A stretch of DNA of 64,000 nt. Source: Octopus sinensis (lineage: Eukaryota). Below the pieces are notes generated by a model. That model did no database searches. It saw only the letters and a program-made list of their open reading frames with translations, and was not told where the DNA came from. The position numbers and the translations under genes are program-made. Positions 25,575 through 37,691 of this stretch are shown piece after piece (the stretch's first letter is position 1; the number at the start of each line of letters is the position of its first letter). The stretch spans positions 21,824,001-21,888,000 of the forward strand of contig NC_042998.1 in NCBI RefSeq assembly GCF_006345805.1, in the 5' to 3' direction.

Positions 25575-26852
25575 ATAGGTGTGTGTGTGTTATGCACATA
25601 TATTTAATGGTTAAATGACAGTGTCAATTATGCTGAAAGTGAGTTACAACAATGCATACGCATAATCTTTGATGATGGATAGAATTACGTTGCGTTATGA
25701 CAAGCAATGGTTGATTTGATTCAATTGAGAATGCTATTAGCCATATTTAAAGAGAAACATTTGATTCATTTGTTTTCTGCAATATTTTGGTTAATATACC
25801 TTGAATAACTGGCAGTTAAAAAAAAAAATAAATAAACACATACATGAAAATACAACAGTAAACAAACAAATATCATACGTATTATTATTATTATTCATGT
25901 TGGAATTTTTTTTTTTTGATTATTGGAACAAATACCTGTTTTTTTAAAAATTTTTTTCAAATTTAATTTAATTTCTTTGGGTAAATTCTAGCATAAATGT
26001 AATGATGATTCAACAAATTTTTCAAATTGTTCAAAGCTTTCAAAAAAAAAAAGAAATTGCTGTATGTCTTTAAATTTATGCATATGTATATATGTATATA
26101 TATATGTATGTATGTGTGAATATATATACATATGTATATATATATATTTATACACATAGCTGGTGTTTTTCATTAAGCAGAGCAATCAATTATAAAATGA
26201 AATTTAGTTTCTATATATTTTATATCATCATCATCATCATTATCCTCATCTTCATCATCATCATAGTCATTCGTTTATCACCGTCATAACCATCATCATC
26301 ATCATCATTCATTTGTTGCTGTCATCATCATCATCCGCATCATCATCATGATCTTATATGCTTTTTTTTTCCCCACATTCTGGCACGTGTTACATGAAGC
26401 TTCACGAGTCAATATTCTCCGATCAGATACCTTTCCTGATGCGTGCGCTTGATTTTTTTTTCTGTAAGATTAAATTATTGCTTCGGCCCTTAAATGCTAC
26501 ATCACTGACCTGAAAAATATTTTGCTTATGTGGCACACAAACGAACCTCGCTGATGCCCAAGCCACGTCGATGTGAGGACAGGCAGAGATAAACTCACAC
26601 CCAATACACATGCATACAGATATACACACACACGGTGGGCTTCTGTGCATTCCTGCTTACCAAATTTCATTGACAAGATGTTAGTCAATGTGAAGCCATA
26701 TCTTTCGTTCTTTACTTGTCCTAGTCGTTAGACTGTGGCCATTCTGGGGCACCACCTTGAAGAATTTTTTGTCAAATGAGTCATCCCTAGTACTTATGAG
26801 TTTCTTCTAAGCCCGGTACTTCTCTCTCTCTCTCATATACATACATACATAC

Positions 26853-27053
26853 ATGTAACCGTGTGTGTACCATTGGCGATTTTTTTTCCTCGGTCTTCCT
26901 TCTCTGGATCTTTCCTTCTCCTATGTTTCCGACGAAGAGCTCCGCTCGAAATGTTAAACCCTCCTTCTTTCCTTCTTTCCTGAGCATCCAATAATACTAT
27001 ATTTGCTCCACGTCCTCGCGTTGTTGTGTTTTTTTGTGCTTTCATGTTTGTAT

Positions 27054-27057
<4 letters not shown>
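26853..27057 (+). mobile_element. Mini-element family A with hammerhead variant
   Basis: GTTT-CCGACGA-A-GAGC-TCC-GCTC-GAAATGTT-AAAC (26925-26959); 3' end abuts (TA)n. Confidence 0.75.
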
Positions 27058-27093
<36 letters not shown>

Positions 27094-27626
27094 AATGAAT
27101 GTTTTTATATATAATGAACGTGAAATACAGGAAGGGACGAACACGGAACACAGACAAATCATTCGAAGCCTTCAATCTTCAGTCAGACACCGAATCATCA
27201 TAGCAAACACACACACACATACACACACACATTCTTATAGTTGTTTCAGTCATTTGACTGTGGCCATGCTGGTGCACTGCCTTTAGTCGAACAAATCAAC
27301 CCCTGGACTTATTCTTTGTAAGCCTGGTACTTATTCTAAGCTACAAGGATTTAAACACCAACATCAGTTGTCGAGTGATGGTGCGAGGACAAAAGACACA
27401 CACACATAAATATATACATATCTATATATTTGATAGGCTTCTTTTCAGTTTCCGTCTACCAAATCTACTCATAAGGCTTTGGTTGGTCTGAGGCTATAGT
27501 AGAAGACACTTCTAATGTAGTAGTGGGACTGAACCTGAAACCATGTGGTTGGGAAGTAAGCTTCTTACCACAGTCATGCCTATACTCACACACACAACCA
27601 CACACTCACACACACACACACACATA

Positions 27627-27678
<52 letters not shown>

Positions 27679-27684
<6 letters not shown>

Positions 27685-27871
27685 ACCTTGTGTGTACCGT
27701 TGGCGATTATTTTTTCCTCTGTCTTCTTTCTCTGATCTTTTTTTTCCCTATATTTCCGACGAAGAGCTCCGCTCGAAACGTTAACTCTCCTTCTTTCCTG
27801 AGCATCCAATAATACTATATTCGTCCACGTCTCGCGTTGTTGTTTTTTTTTGTATTCTTGTTTGGATTAGC
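27679..27871 (+). mobile_element. Mini-element family A, second direct copy
   Basis: ATTT-CCGACGA-A-GAGC-TCC-GCTC-GAAACGTT-AAC (27752-27785); flanked by (TA)n. Confidence 0.75.
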
Positions 27872-28198
27872 TTTATTAATTTATATATATATATATATAT
27901 ATAATATATATGGAAAACGGGACGCTAAATGATGATGATGATAATATGTATAATATGTATATGTATATATATGTATATATATAAAAGCACCTGTGCTGGC
28001 ACCACATAAAAAGCACCTAGTACAGTCTGTGAAGTGGTTGGCATTAAGAAGACCATCCAGCCATAAGAACCATGCCAAAACAAAAACTGGGGTCTGGTGC
28101 AGCCCTCCACCTTGCCAGATCATGTCAAGCCATTCTGCTCATGCCAGCCTGGAAAACATATGTTAAATGATGATGATAATAATGATGATGATAATGAT

Positions 28199-28572
28199 AT
28201 CCAAATTCAAGAAGGTATTTAAATTTAGGGGGTAATTCTAAATATATTCATGGAGTATTATCCAAATTCAAGAAGGTATTTAAATTTAGGGGGTAATTCT
28301 AAATATATTCATGGAGTATTATCCAAATTCAAGAAGGTATTTAAATTTAGGGGGTAATTCTAAATATTCATGGAGTATTATCCAAATTCAAGAAGGTATT
28401 TAAATTTAGGGGTAATCTAAATATATTCATGGAGTAATTATCCAAATTCAGAAGGTATTTTAATTTAGGGGGTAATCTAATATATTCATGGAGTATTATC
28501 CAATTCAAGAAGGTATTTAAATTTAGGGGGTAATTCTAAATATATTCATGGAGTATTATCCAAATTCAAGAA
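28199..28572. repeat. 61-bp minisatellite, about 6 copies plus a partial
   Basis: Unit ATCCAAATTCAAGAAGGTATTTAAATTTAGGGGGTAATTCTAAATATATTCATGGAGTATT starting at 28199, 28260, 28321 and onward; later copies have small indels; no spacers. Confidence 0.95.
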
Positions 28573-28860
28573 GTAATTCAAGAACAGTGAAGATTGAATG
28601 ATGGGATCATAGAATATTGAAAACAGAAATTTTCCTGGGTTGGGCATGTTGAAGGTTCACAGACGAAAGGGAAGTTGTATCGTCGTTAAGTGTTATCCAA
28701 GAGATTGGAAGAGACCACTCAGAAGACAGCCATGACAATGGGAAGACAATGTAATCAAAGAATTTGGACCCAAATGAAGGAAAGCGGTGCAATCAAATGA
28801 AGAATAAAAGTGTGCTGTGATCCGCAATGAATAAGGAGATCTGATTGTCTGCTTCTTAAA
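28573..28860 (+). mobile_element. RTE-clade LINE 3' remnant
   Basis: KQKFSWVGHV...VVKCYPRDWKRPLRRQP*QWEDNVIKEFG matches the RTE C-terminal K..WAGHV...W.PR..KRP.GRP..RW.D motif. Confidence 0.7.
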
Positions 28861-29053
28861 GAGATAAAGGGATTATAATATTTGGTTTGTTTGTCTGTTT
28901 TAGCTAAATAGAATTGAAGAATATTACGAATGAATATGGGTGTTTCATAAATTTCTGCAGCAAGTCTTGAACTGAATAGTCCAGCTTAGAATTTATAAAT
29001 TCTCTGGTTCTTTACAGCTTGCAAATTCAGTTATTTTACTAATGACCAAAATA

Positions 29054-29489
29054 GAAAAATTCCGTGTTAATGTTTTTTCCTGTAAAGCTGCAAAAGTCTT
29101 TGATTACGTTACTTTAGAGTATTCTATAAAAGGTGGGGAAACTTGCTGGCTGACTACTTTCAAATCAATGGTTCTGTGTCTAAAATGGTGAGAGGGAGAA
29201 AAGGAGAGAAAGAGAGAGAGGGAGAGAGAAAGTGGTGGAGGCGGTGGTGGTGGGAGATTTGGTGGAAATGGTATGAAATTAGAGTGAAGAAGACGATTCT
29301 GGCTGTAAATGCTGCGCATTATGAATAAATGTATTTAATATAGCATGACAGCAGCTGGACTGAGTGATTTAAAAGTGAACGAGTGGAGACTGAGTGACTA
29401 GTCTTGTTACGTTATGAGAGGCTGTGAAAGGGATTTATTAAAGGATGACCTGGAATGAATTCATTAGGTCTTAGACAGGGAGAGAAGAC

Positions 29490-29497
<8 letters not shown>
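29054..29497 (+). repeat. ~440-bp duplicated segment, copy 1
   Basis: Nearly identical to 37692-38099 except in an internal GA/GGT-rich tract. Confidence 0.9.
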
Positions 29498-29526
<29 letters not shown>

Positions 29527-29556
29527 AAGAGGATGTTATCAGTATTACATGAGAAA

Positions 29557-29789
29557 GGCGGCGAGCTGGCAGAATCGTTAGTACGCCGGGCGAAATGCGT
29601 AGCCGTATTTCGTCTGCCGTTACATTCTGAGTTCAAATTCCGCCGAGGTCGACTTTGCCTTTCATCCTTTCAGGGGTCGATACATTAAGTACCAGTTACG
29701 CACTGGGGTCGATATAATCAACTTAATCCGTTTGTCTGTCCTTGTTTGTCCCCCTCTATGTTTAGCCCCTTGTGGGTAGTAAAGAAATA
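29557..29789 (+). mobile_element. SINE family 1, young full copy with 16-bp TSD
   Basis: Starts GGCGGCGAGCTGGCAGAATCG; TSD AGTATTACATGAGAAA (29541-56) and AGTATTACACGAGAAA (29790-805). Confidence 0.9.
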
Positions 29790-29892
29790 AGTATTACACG
29801 AGAAAAGGATGAAAAGGATGTGAGGATTGCTTTGTATACATCAGAAAAGAAAACAAGCAAGGGAGAGAGAGAGGAGAGAGAGAGAGAAAGAA

Positions 29893-29927
<35 letters not shown>

Positions 29928-30042
29928 AAGGGAGAGAGAGAGAGAGAGAGAGATAGGTACACTGCAGTCATTCATGTATTGATGTACTGTCATCGTTGTT
30001 TAGTTTCAGTTCGATTTTGATTCAAAAATCTATCATCTAAAG

Positions 30043-30360
30043 CAGAGGGTCTCCAAAGTGGTCATTGGGACTATAACAGGGTCAATAAGTGCGCATCTGC
30101 TTCACCCACTACACTCATGGAGTGGTTGGCATTAGGAAGGGCATCCAGCCGTAGAAACATTGCCAGATCAGACAGGGCCTGGTGCAGCCTTCTGGCTTCC
30201 CAGACCCCAATTGAACCGTCCAACCCATGCTAGCATGGAAAGCGGACGCTAAACGATGATGATGATGATGATTAATTTTTTTTTTGTACATGCCTGATGG
30301 TGGTGGGGGGTCAAGGATTCTGTGAAAGAGCCGATGGTCTAAATAGCTTGGGGACCCCTG
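30043..30360. mobile_element. hAT (Charlie-like) MITE 1 with nested family 3 tail
   Basis: Termini CAGAGGGTCTCCAA and TTGGGGACCCCTG; flanked by 8-bp ATCTAAAG and ATCTGAAG. Confidence 0.65.
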
Positions 30361-30368
30361 ATCTGAAG

Positions 30369-30948
30369 CATAAATCCTCAACCATTTTTACATATGGACC
30401 CCTTTGATTTCTATTTCAACTTGTGGACCCCTATAGCTGTTTGATGGCTTAAAAAATCTTGTTCCATTTCTACAGTTAATTATTAGGAATTGTATTCTTT
30501 TTCCTTGTTTCAGTCATTTGACTGCTGCCATGCTGGAGCACTGCCTTCAGTTGAGCAAATCGAGCCCAGGACTTATTCTTTGTAAGCCTTGTACTTTTTC
30601 TATCGGGGACAGAAAAACACCAGCATCAGTTGTCAAACGATGTTGGGGGGACAAACACACAAACATGTGCGCACACACACACATGACGGGCTCAATTTCC
30701 ATCTACCAAATCCACTCATAAGGTTTTGGTGGAAGACACTTGCCCAAGGTGCCATGCAGTGGGACTGAACCCGGAACCATGTGGCTGGTAAGCAAGCTAC
30801 TTACAGTCACTGCTCCACCTATAAAAAAAAATTGTGAAAATACTTTGTCTGTTGTAGAAGTACAATCAATTTATTGCTCATAAATTTTAACGACAAAAAC
30901 TTATACAGACCCCCAAGGGGTCAAATGATCCCCAGTTGAGAACCACTG
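30369..30948. mobile_element. hAT (Charlie-like) MITE 2 with nested family 2 SINE
   Basis: Right TIR GTTGAGAACCACTG, decayed left end CATAAATCCTCAACC; flanked by ATCTGAAG and ATCTAAAG; related ends near 39260-39362 and 49380-49730. Confidence 0.6.
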
Positions 30949-31249
30949 ATCTAAAGCAATTCATTTGTGCCCACCTTGTCTTTTCATTTTTATTAATTCA
31001 TGCCAGAAACAATATATATAATGAACATAATAAAAGTTAGCAATCTTATATTTACTTTGTAAACAAATAATACAATATTGCATAAGCATTTTATAATGTT
31101 TCTTTCTTTTTCTGGTAACTTGCTGCTTACCAGCAGCTGATGGTTTGTGGACTGGCACTGGTCCATGGACCACCACTTTGAGTAGCTCTGCTCTACTCAG
31201 CATTTAAACACACTAATCAACTTATAGTTACTTGTCCAAATCATTTATT

Positions 31250-31470
31250 ATATATATATATAAAATAAAATACAAAATGGGACAAGAACGCAAAACATCT
31301 GGACAACTAGGTGATACAAAAGGGGACAACAAAACATCCAGATAGATGATACACAAAAAAATTCAAAAGAACAGTCTGTTTTTTTTTTTGTATCGTCTAT
31401 CTGGATGTTTTGTTTGTCCCCTTTTGTATCACCTAGTTGTCTGAATGTTTTGCATTCTTGTCCCATTTTG

Positions 31471-31500
<30 letters not shown>
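31250..31500. repeat. Inverted duplication (~105-bp arms) of a (TA)n-anchored repeat
   Basis: AAAATACAAAATGGGACAAGAACGCAAAACATCTGGACAACTAGGTGATACAAAAGGGGAC... pairs with ~31385-31480; a related sequence occurs at 14850-14910. Confidence 0.85.
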
Positions 31501-31506
<6 letters not shown>

Positions 31507-32129
31507 TCATCATCATCACTGTTTAACGTCTGTTTTCCTTCCGTGTTAGCACGGGTTGGACGGTTCGACCGGGGTCTAGGAAGCCAGGAGGCTGCACCAG
31601 GCTCCAGTCTGATCTGGCAGTGTTTCTACAGCTGGATGCCCTTCCTAATGCCAACCACTCCGTGAGTGTAGTGGGTGCTTTTTACATACCACCGGCACAG
31701 GTGCCAGGGGAGTCTGGCAGCGGCTGTGATCGGTTGGTGCTTTTTACATGCCACTGGCACAGAAGCCAGTCAAGGCGGCGCTGGCATCGGCCACATTCGG
31801 GTGGTGCTTTTTACGTGCCACCGGCACATATACACACACATGCATATAATACATATATATATATATGTGTGTGTGTGTTTTTGTGTGTCTCTGTGTTTGT
31901 CTCCTACTTCCACTTGAGAATCAATTTTGGTTCGTTTGTGACTTAGAGGTTTGGCAAAACAGGCTGATAAAGTACAAGACTTGAAAAAAATAAGTACCGG
32001 GGTTGATTTGTTTGACTAAAACCTTCATTGTGGTGCCCCAGCATGGCCACAGTCCAAAGACTGAAACAACTAAAAGATGAAAGTAAAATAAATGATAATA
32101 CTGCTTAGTGGTCAAGGAACCATGTAGAG

Positions 32130-32562
32130 GCTCTTTTACTGGTCAAGCCGATTAATGGACATTGCAGATTACTGCTGCTTGTTTGTTTGTTTGTTTGTTG
32201 AGCGAAGCGGTCTTCGTCCCAGAGTGTTGTGGGAGAAGTCCAAATTGTGGTCCTTTGCTATTCGTAAGACCCGCAGAAGAGAAAGCAGGTCAACCCCCGA
32301 CACCGAGAGCATCGACGGATGGATGAATGCGCATCCAGGCTCAGTGGTTGTGTAGGAAGTCAGGGACAAGAAACAGGAAGAAAAAGTGAGAGAATGTTGG
32401 AGCGAAAGAGTACAACAGGGGTTGCCACCACCCACTGCCAGAGCCTCGTGGAGCTTTAGGTGTTTTCGCTCAATAAACACACACAACGCCCGGTCTGGGA
32501 ATCGAAACCGTGATCCTCCGACCGTGAGTCCACTGCCCTAACCACTGGGCCATTGCGCCTCC
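32130..32562 (-). mobile_element. tRNA-derived SINE, family 4
   Basis: Minus-strand head GGAGGCGCAATGGCCCAGTGGTTAGGGCAGTGGACTCACGGTCGGAGGATCACGGTTTCGATTCCC with A and B boxes; (AAAC)n tail. Confidence 0.75.
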
Positions 32563-32677
32563 TGTTGCTGCTACTGCTGCTGATGATGATGAAAGATAAT
32601 GATATACCACTTATTGACTGGAAGAGGGAACTGAATCAGAATATTTCATCTTCCTATCATCTTCCATTTTATTACAG

Positions 32678-32716
32678 AATCAAAGCAGATATGGCGTTGT
32701 GTTGATCAAAAGTCTT
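32678..32716 (+). CDS. Candidate 39-nt exon of an unidentified gene
   Basis: Acceptor CATCTTCCATTTTATTACAG and donor GTAAGA in non-repeat DNA; open as NQSRYGVVLIKSL or xSKQIWRCVDQKS; no homology recognised. Confidence 0.25.
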
Positions 32717-33057
32717 GTAAGAGTTTGGTTACTTATCTGCTTTATTTGTCAAGTAAAAACAAAATCTGAAGAATTTTAGTTGAAAGAATCGACGCTGGTA
32801 ATTATTATATTTTAAACCTGGTGCTTATTCTATTGTTGAAGTGCTAAGTTATGGGGATGTAAATGTACCAACACTGGTTGTCAAGCAGTGAGGCAGACAC
32901 AGAAACACACACACACGTATATATATATATGGTCTTCTTTTCAGTTTCTGTCCATCAAATCCACTCACAATGCTTTGGTGGGGCTGAGGCTATAATAGAA
33001 AACACTTGCCGAGGTGCCACACAGTGGGACTGAACCCAGAACCATCTGATTGGGAAT

Positions 33058-33260
33058 ATAATAATAATAATGAAATTATTGTATACAGTGCTCAGGTGCA
33101 CCACAACTTGTCAAAAGTGCGTATAAAGCATATGCAGTAATGTACAAATGTCTGGAAAGTGAACAGTGTATGAGTCAGATACATGCTTGCGTGTGTATGG
33201 AGGGGAGAAAATCAGGTGTAGTGTTGGCGAATGTCGGGAAGCATGAAGTTTTGAAGGATG
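33058..33260 (-). mobile_element. 5'-truncated second copy of the CR1 3' end, inserted into a family 2 SINE head
   Basis: Nearly identical to 10881-11080; splits the SINE sequence ...GATTGGGA / CAAACTTCTACCACACAGCC. Confidence 0.8.
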
Positions 33261-33666
33261 CAAACTTCTACCACACAGCCAACCTCACACCTATAATACA
33301 ATTACTTACCTATAATAACAAAACACACATACACTATGTGTGGTTTTTTGCTATTACTGGTTTGTGTGTGGTGTTTTGCTATTACTGGTTCAGCGAACAA
33401 GTCAGACAACAAACAGTGAATTGGACTCACAGCAGGCTAGCAGACTGGATTATAGAATTTGGTGGAAAAGGTTAAACGCTGTATACATATAAGTCTGTTT
33501 CTCTTCTCTCTTAATATAGTTGCTTAAGGAACTCCCGTAGGAGAGAAACAGGTGTGTATGTGTCACATTTAACCATTTAACTAAATTATACTTTCATCTT
33601 TGTCTGTCTGAATTTTTCTGTCTGTCTCTCTCTCTCTGTCTATACACACACATTCACACACACTCA

Positions 33667-33714
<48 letters not shown>

Positions 33715-34613
33715 TATACACACATTCACACACACTCACTCACACACACACACACACACACACAGATATACACACATACACACACATATCTATACATATA
33801 TATGTGCAAAATAGATATATGATATAATGATATGTATATGTATGTGTGTGCAACATGTGGTATAAACACTACATATACATATATTTATATATGTATATAT
33901 ACCTATATATATATATATATATCAATAGATACATACATACATACATATATATGTATATATACACATACACATACATACATGAACTCACGAACATATACAT
34001 GTGTGTGTGTTTGTGTGTGTACATATGAGTTTAGAATGTGTTTGCATTGAGATAAGCCTTGTGTGTGTGTGTGTGTGTGTGTGTTGTGTGTGTTTGTTTT
34101 GTTGCTTTTTTTTTTTGATTTCAGCTGTATGCTTTCAGAACAATTCCATTACAAGATTATCCATTAACCTAAGAAAGCACCTAAATATCTTATTTGTTTG
34201 CTATTTGTTTGTTCCAAACTCTAAGATATTTATTCTCTGAGAGTAAGGGCTTCCAAATATCTTTCTCTTGGACTGATTGGCTCCGTTCTGCCATTCATCA
34301 TCTTCTCTTATAGCTACTTGTTGGATCTTAAGGCAGCATTTTGAGATTATTGTTTAATTTCCATTCATTGCCATTCAGCTTGGAGAATAAACATCTGCAG
34401 ACAGTTTCCCTTACCGTTTTTTCCTTGCGATTTTTCTGTTTTGCTTCCAGTGAAAGGAAACCAGTATAGACCTGCATGTGTGTGTGTGTGTGTGTTTTTG
34501 CTGGTGGAAGTATGGTTTCAGTACAGTTGTGGTGTAGTTGATTGCACAAACACTTGTAGATGTATAGATTCAAGTGCAGGAGTGTGCATGTGTGTAGGTG
34601 GTGTGGGTGTTTT

Positions 34614-34650
<37 letters not shown>

Positions 34651-35049
34651 AAGTATGTGTATATATGTATATATATATATATATATATATGCACATTATA
34701 ATACATATATATAACTATATTATAACATATATATATGTATATATATACACATATGTATATATATACATCATATATATGTATATATACATACATATTATGT
34801 ATATATACATACATATATATGTATATATACATACATATATATAATATATACATACATATATATGTATATATACATACATATATATGTATATATACATATA
34901 TATGTATACATTTATATGTATACGTATATACACTATATGTATATATATATATACACACAGACACAGACACACACACCTAAGCATGTATATAATCTTTAGA
35001 TACACATATATATTTGTATGTATCTATGTATATATGCCTCTGTACTTGC

Positions 35050-35090
<41 letters not shown>

Positions 35091-35619
35091 TATACACATA
35101 CAATCATATATACACACACACACATACATACACAAACGCACGCACACATACACATACGTACGCATACACAGGCATCTTACGTAGCTCTTATATCTCCTCT
35201 CTGTATTTATATTCTTTAAGCTAGAGTGGTTTGCTTCTTATCTCAAACCTTTTCTAATACTACAATAGGTGTGAACGCTTGGCAAACCAGGAATATTTTC
35301 AGGAAATATTCCAATATCTCTATCAAGACTGCATTTTCTTCATCATGCCAAGCAATCAATTATGAAATGAGATTTTTACATCGCTTAGATATCTTTTTTT
35401 TTTTTTTTTACTTTCGTTTCCTTTTTTTTTTTTTTTTTTTTTTTTTGCCTATTTTCAAGCTTCGTTATGTGTAAAATAATCTGTTTTTGATGAAGGGCTC
35501 TACCCCAGAAAAACTTAGATTTTTTTTTTTCCTTTTCTCTTGTCTTCTCACAACACGAGAAATGTAGCTTGGCTTTGGGATTTTTTTTTTTTTTGCAGCA
35601 CTAACTCTTGCCAAATGTG

Positions 35620-35709
35620 AGCTAACACCACACTACTACTAATACAATTACTGCTGCTGCTGCTACTACCACTACCACCACCACCACCACCACCACCACC
35701 ACCACCACA

Positions 35710-35747
<38 letters not shown>

Positions 35748-36000
35748 CATCACCACCCCACAATTCTGGCATTAACCACCACCACTGCCACCATCACCAC
35801 TGCTCCCACTACCACCACCACCACCACCATCACTGCCACCACCACTACCACCACCATGTTGCCATCAAAAAATATCACCACCACCACCACCACCACCGCT
35901 ACCACAACCACCATCACTGCCACCACCAACACCACCACCACAACCATCACTATGTTGTCATCAACCACCACTAACAACACCAATTCCTCCATCACTACAT
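35620..36000. repeat. Degenerate (ACC)/(ACT) trinucleotide field
   Basis: Direct reading; other trinucleotide fields at 47815-47950 ((ATC)(ATT)(GTT)) and 58010-58270 ((CTT)/(CCT)). Confidence 0.95.
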
Positions 36001-36289
36001 CTCTCTACTATTTCAGCCACCACCTCCACCACACCATACCACCAACATCGCATACCGCCACCCTCGTATTGCTTCTACTGTTTCTGCCTCATCACTTCCA
36101 ACCACCAGCCTACCCACATCACAACCCCTGCAACTTCAACTTCACCTCATCCAGTACACGTCCACCCCACTATCACCCCCACTGCATCACCAACAACACA
36201 CCTGATTACCATTTCCCCCCAATCCTTCCCATCAGACTCCTAGAATTCTTGAGCTAATATTTCAGTTTAAATAGACATGAAAGAACAAC

Positions 36290-36608
36290 AGGCATCACAG
36301 TCATTTGACTGTGGCCATGCTGGAGCACCGCCTTTAGTCGAAGAAATCGACCCCCAGGACTTATTCTTTGTAAGCCTAGTACTTATTCTATCGGTCTCTT
36401 TTTGCCAAACACACACACACACACAGATATATACATATACACGACGGGCTTCTTTCAGTTTCCGTCCACCAAAACCACTCACAAGGCTTTGGTTGGCCTG
36501 AGGCTGTAGTAGAAGATATTGGCCCAAGGTGCCATGCAGTAGGACGGAACCCGGAGCCATGTGGTTGGTAAGCAAGCTACTTACCACACAGCCACTCCTG
36601 CACCTATA
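36290..36608 (-). mobile_element. SINE family 2 copy with internal deletion
   Basis: Family 2 tail and head present, middle segment missing. Confidence 0.75.
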
Positions 36609-37691
36609 AGGGTAAAGGGGAAGTGGTTCAGTGTGTTAGCAACTGGATAACCAGCTGAAAAGTTTGGGTTCAAATACACAGTAAATTCTTAGCTGTGATT
36701 TAAGTTGTTCACTTCATTTTATGTGACATTTTATAGCTCCCTAAGGTGGCCAGCTGGCAGAAATATTAGAAATGCTTAGCGGTATTTCGTCTATCTTTAC
36801 GTTCTGAGTTCAAATTCCACCGAGGTCGACTTTGTCTTTCATCCTTTCAGGGTCGATAGATTAAGTACCAGTCGCATACTGGGGGTCGATCTAATTGACT
36901 GCGCCCATCCTTCACAAAAATTTCGGGCCTTGTGCCTAGAGTAGAAAAGATTATATAGCTGTCTGGTGCTTGTACCATGTAAAAGGTATCAGCCGAAACG
37001 TGTTAACAACAAACAAGACGAGGACAAATATCCGTCAAATGTAAGTAATATAAAATTTGGATTATTCCGCCTGACTAATCAGTTGAAGGAGGTGCCCCAG
37101 CATGGCTGCAGACCAAGGACTGAAGCAAGTAAAAGATAAAGGAAGACATGGTAAAGTCTCACATCTAGGCACAGGAGTGGCTGTGATAAAAATGGTTGCT
37201 TCCTAACCTCATGGCTCTGGATTCAGCCCCACTGCATGGCACCTTGGGCAAATGTCTCCTATTGTAGCTTTGGGCTGACCAAAGCTTTGTGAGTGGATTT
37301 GGTAGATGGAAACTGAAAGATGCCCATCATATATACACACATATATATATAAAATTTTCGTTGCGTCTTGCAACCTTTTCAATAGTCTTGACTCTGTCCG
37401 TTATTTACACTCAAGATGCAATGAAAATTTTAGAAAAATAAAAATAAGTGGAAATTTTACCGGTGACTGTGTTACATTATAAGGCAAAAAAAGAAAATGT
37501 CTCTCCCCAGACACAACAGAATATGCTTCAACACACGAACTCATATAAAGAATCTTGCAAACCAAATCCGAAAACGAAACCCCGAGTTGTTTGTCCAGTT
37601 TTCAACTTACAGCATTTGGTTCTTCATTTCTGTTTATAAATTAGTGTTTTATTAATGACTGAAATACATATATTAAAAACAAGAAAAAGAA

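Noticed and set aside
28199-28572. Regularly spaced repeat as a possible CRISPR array
   Set aside because: Units are contiguous with no unique spacers, no cas genes are present, and the context is eukaryotic
32490-32562. tRNA-like sequences (also 20446-20510 and family 2 heads) as real tRNA genes
   Set aside because: A and B boxes are present but there is no complete cloverleaf or acceptor stem, and each continues into a SINE body
35750-36257. Thr-rich or Val-rich mucin-like ORFs
   Set aside because: Degenerate (ACC)n repeat with no flanking splice or signal-peptide evidence
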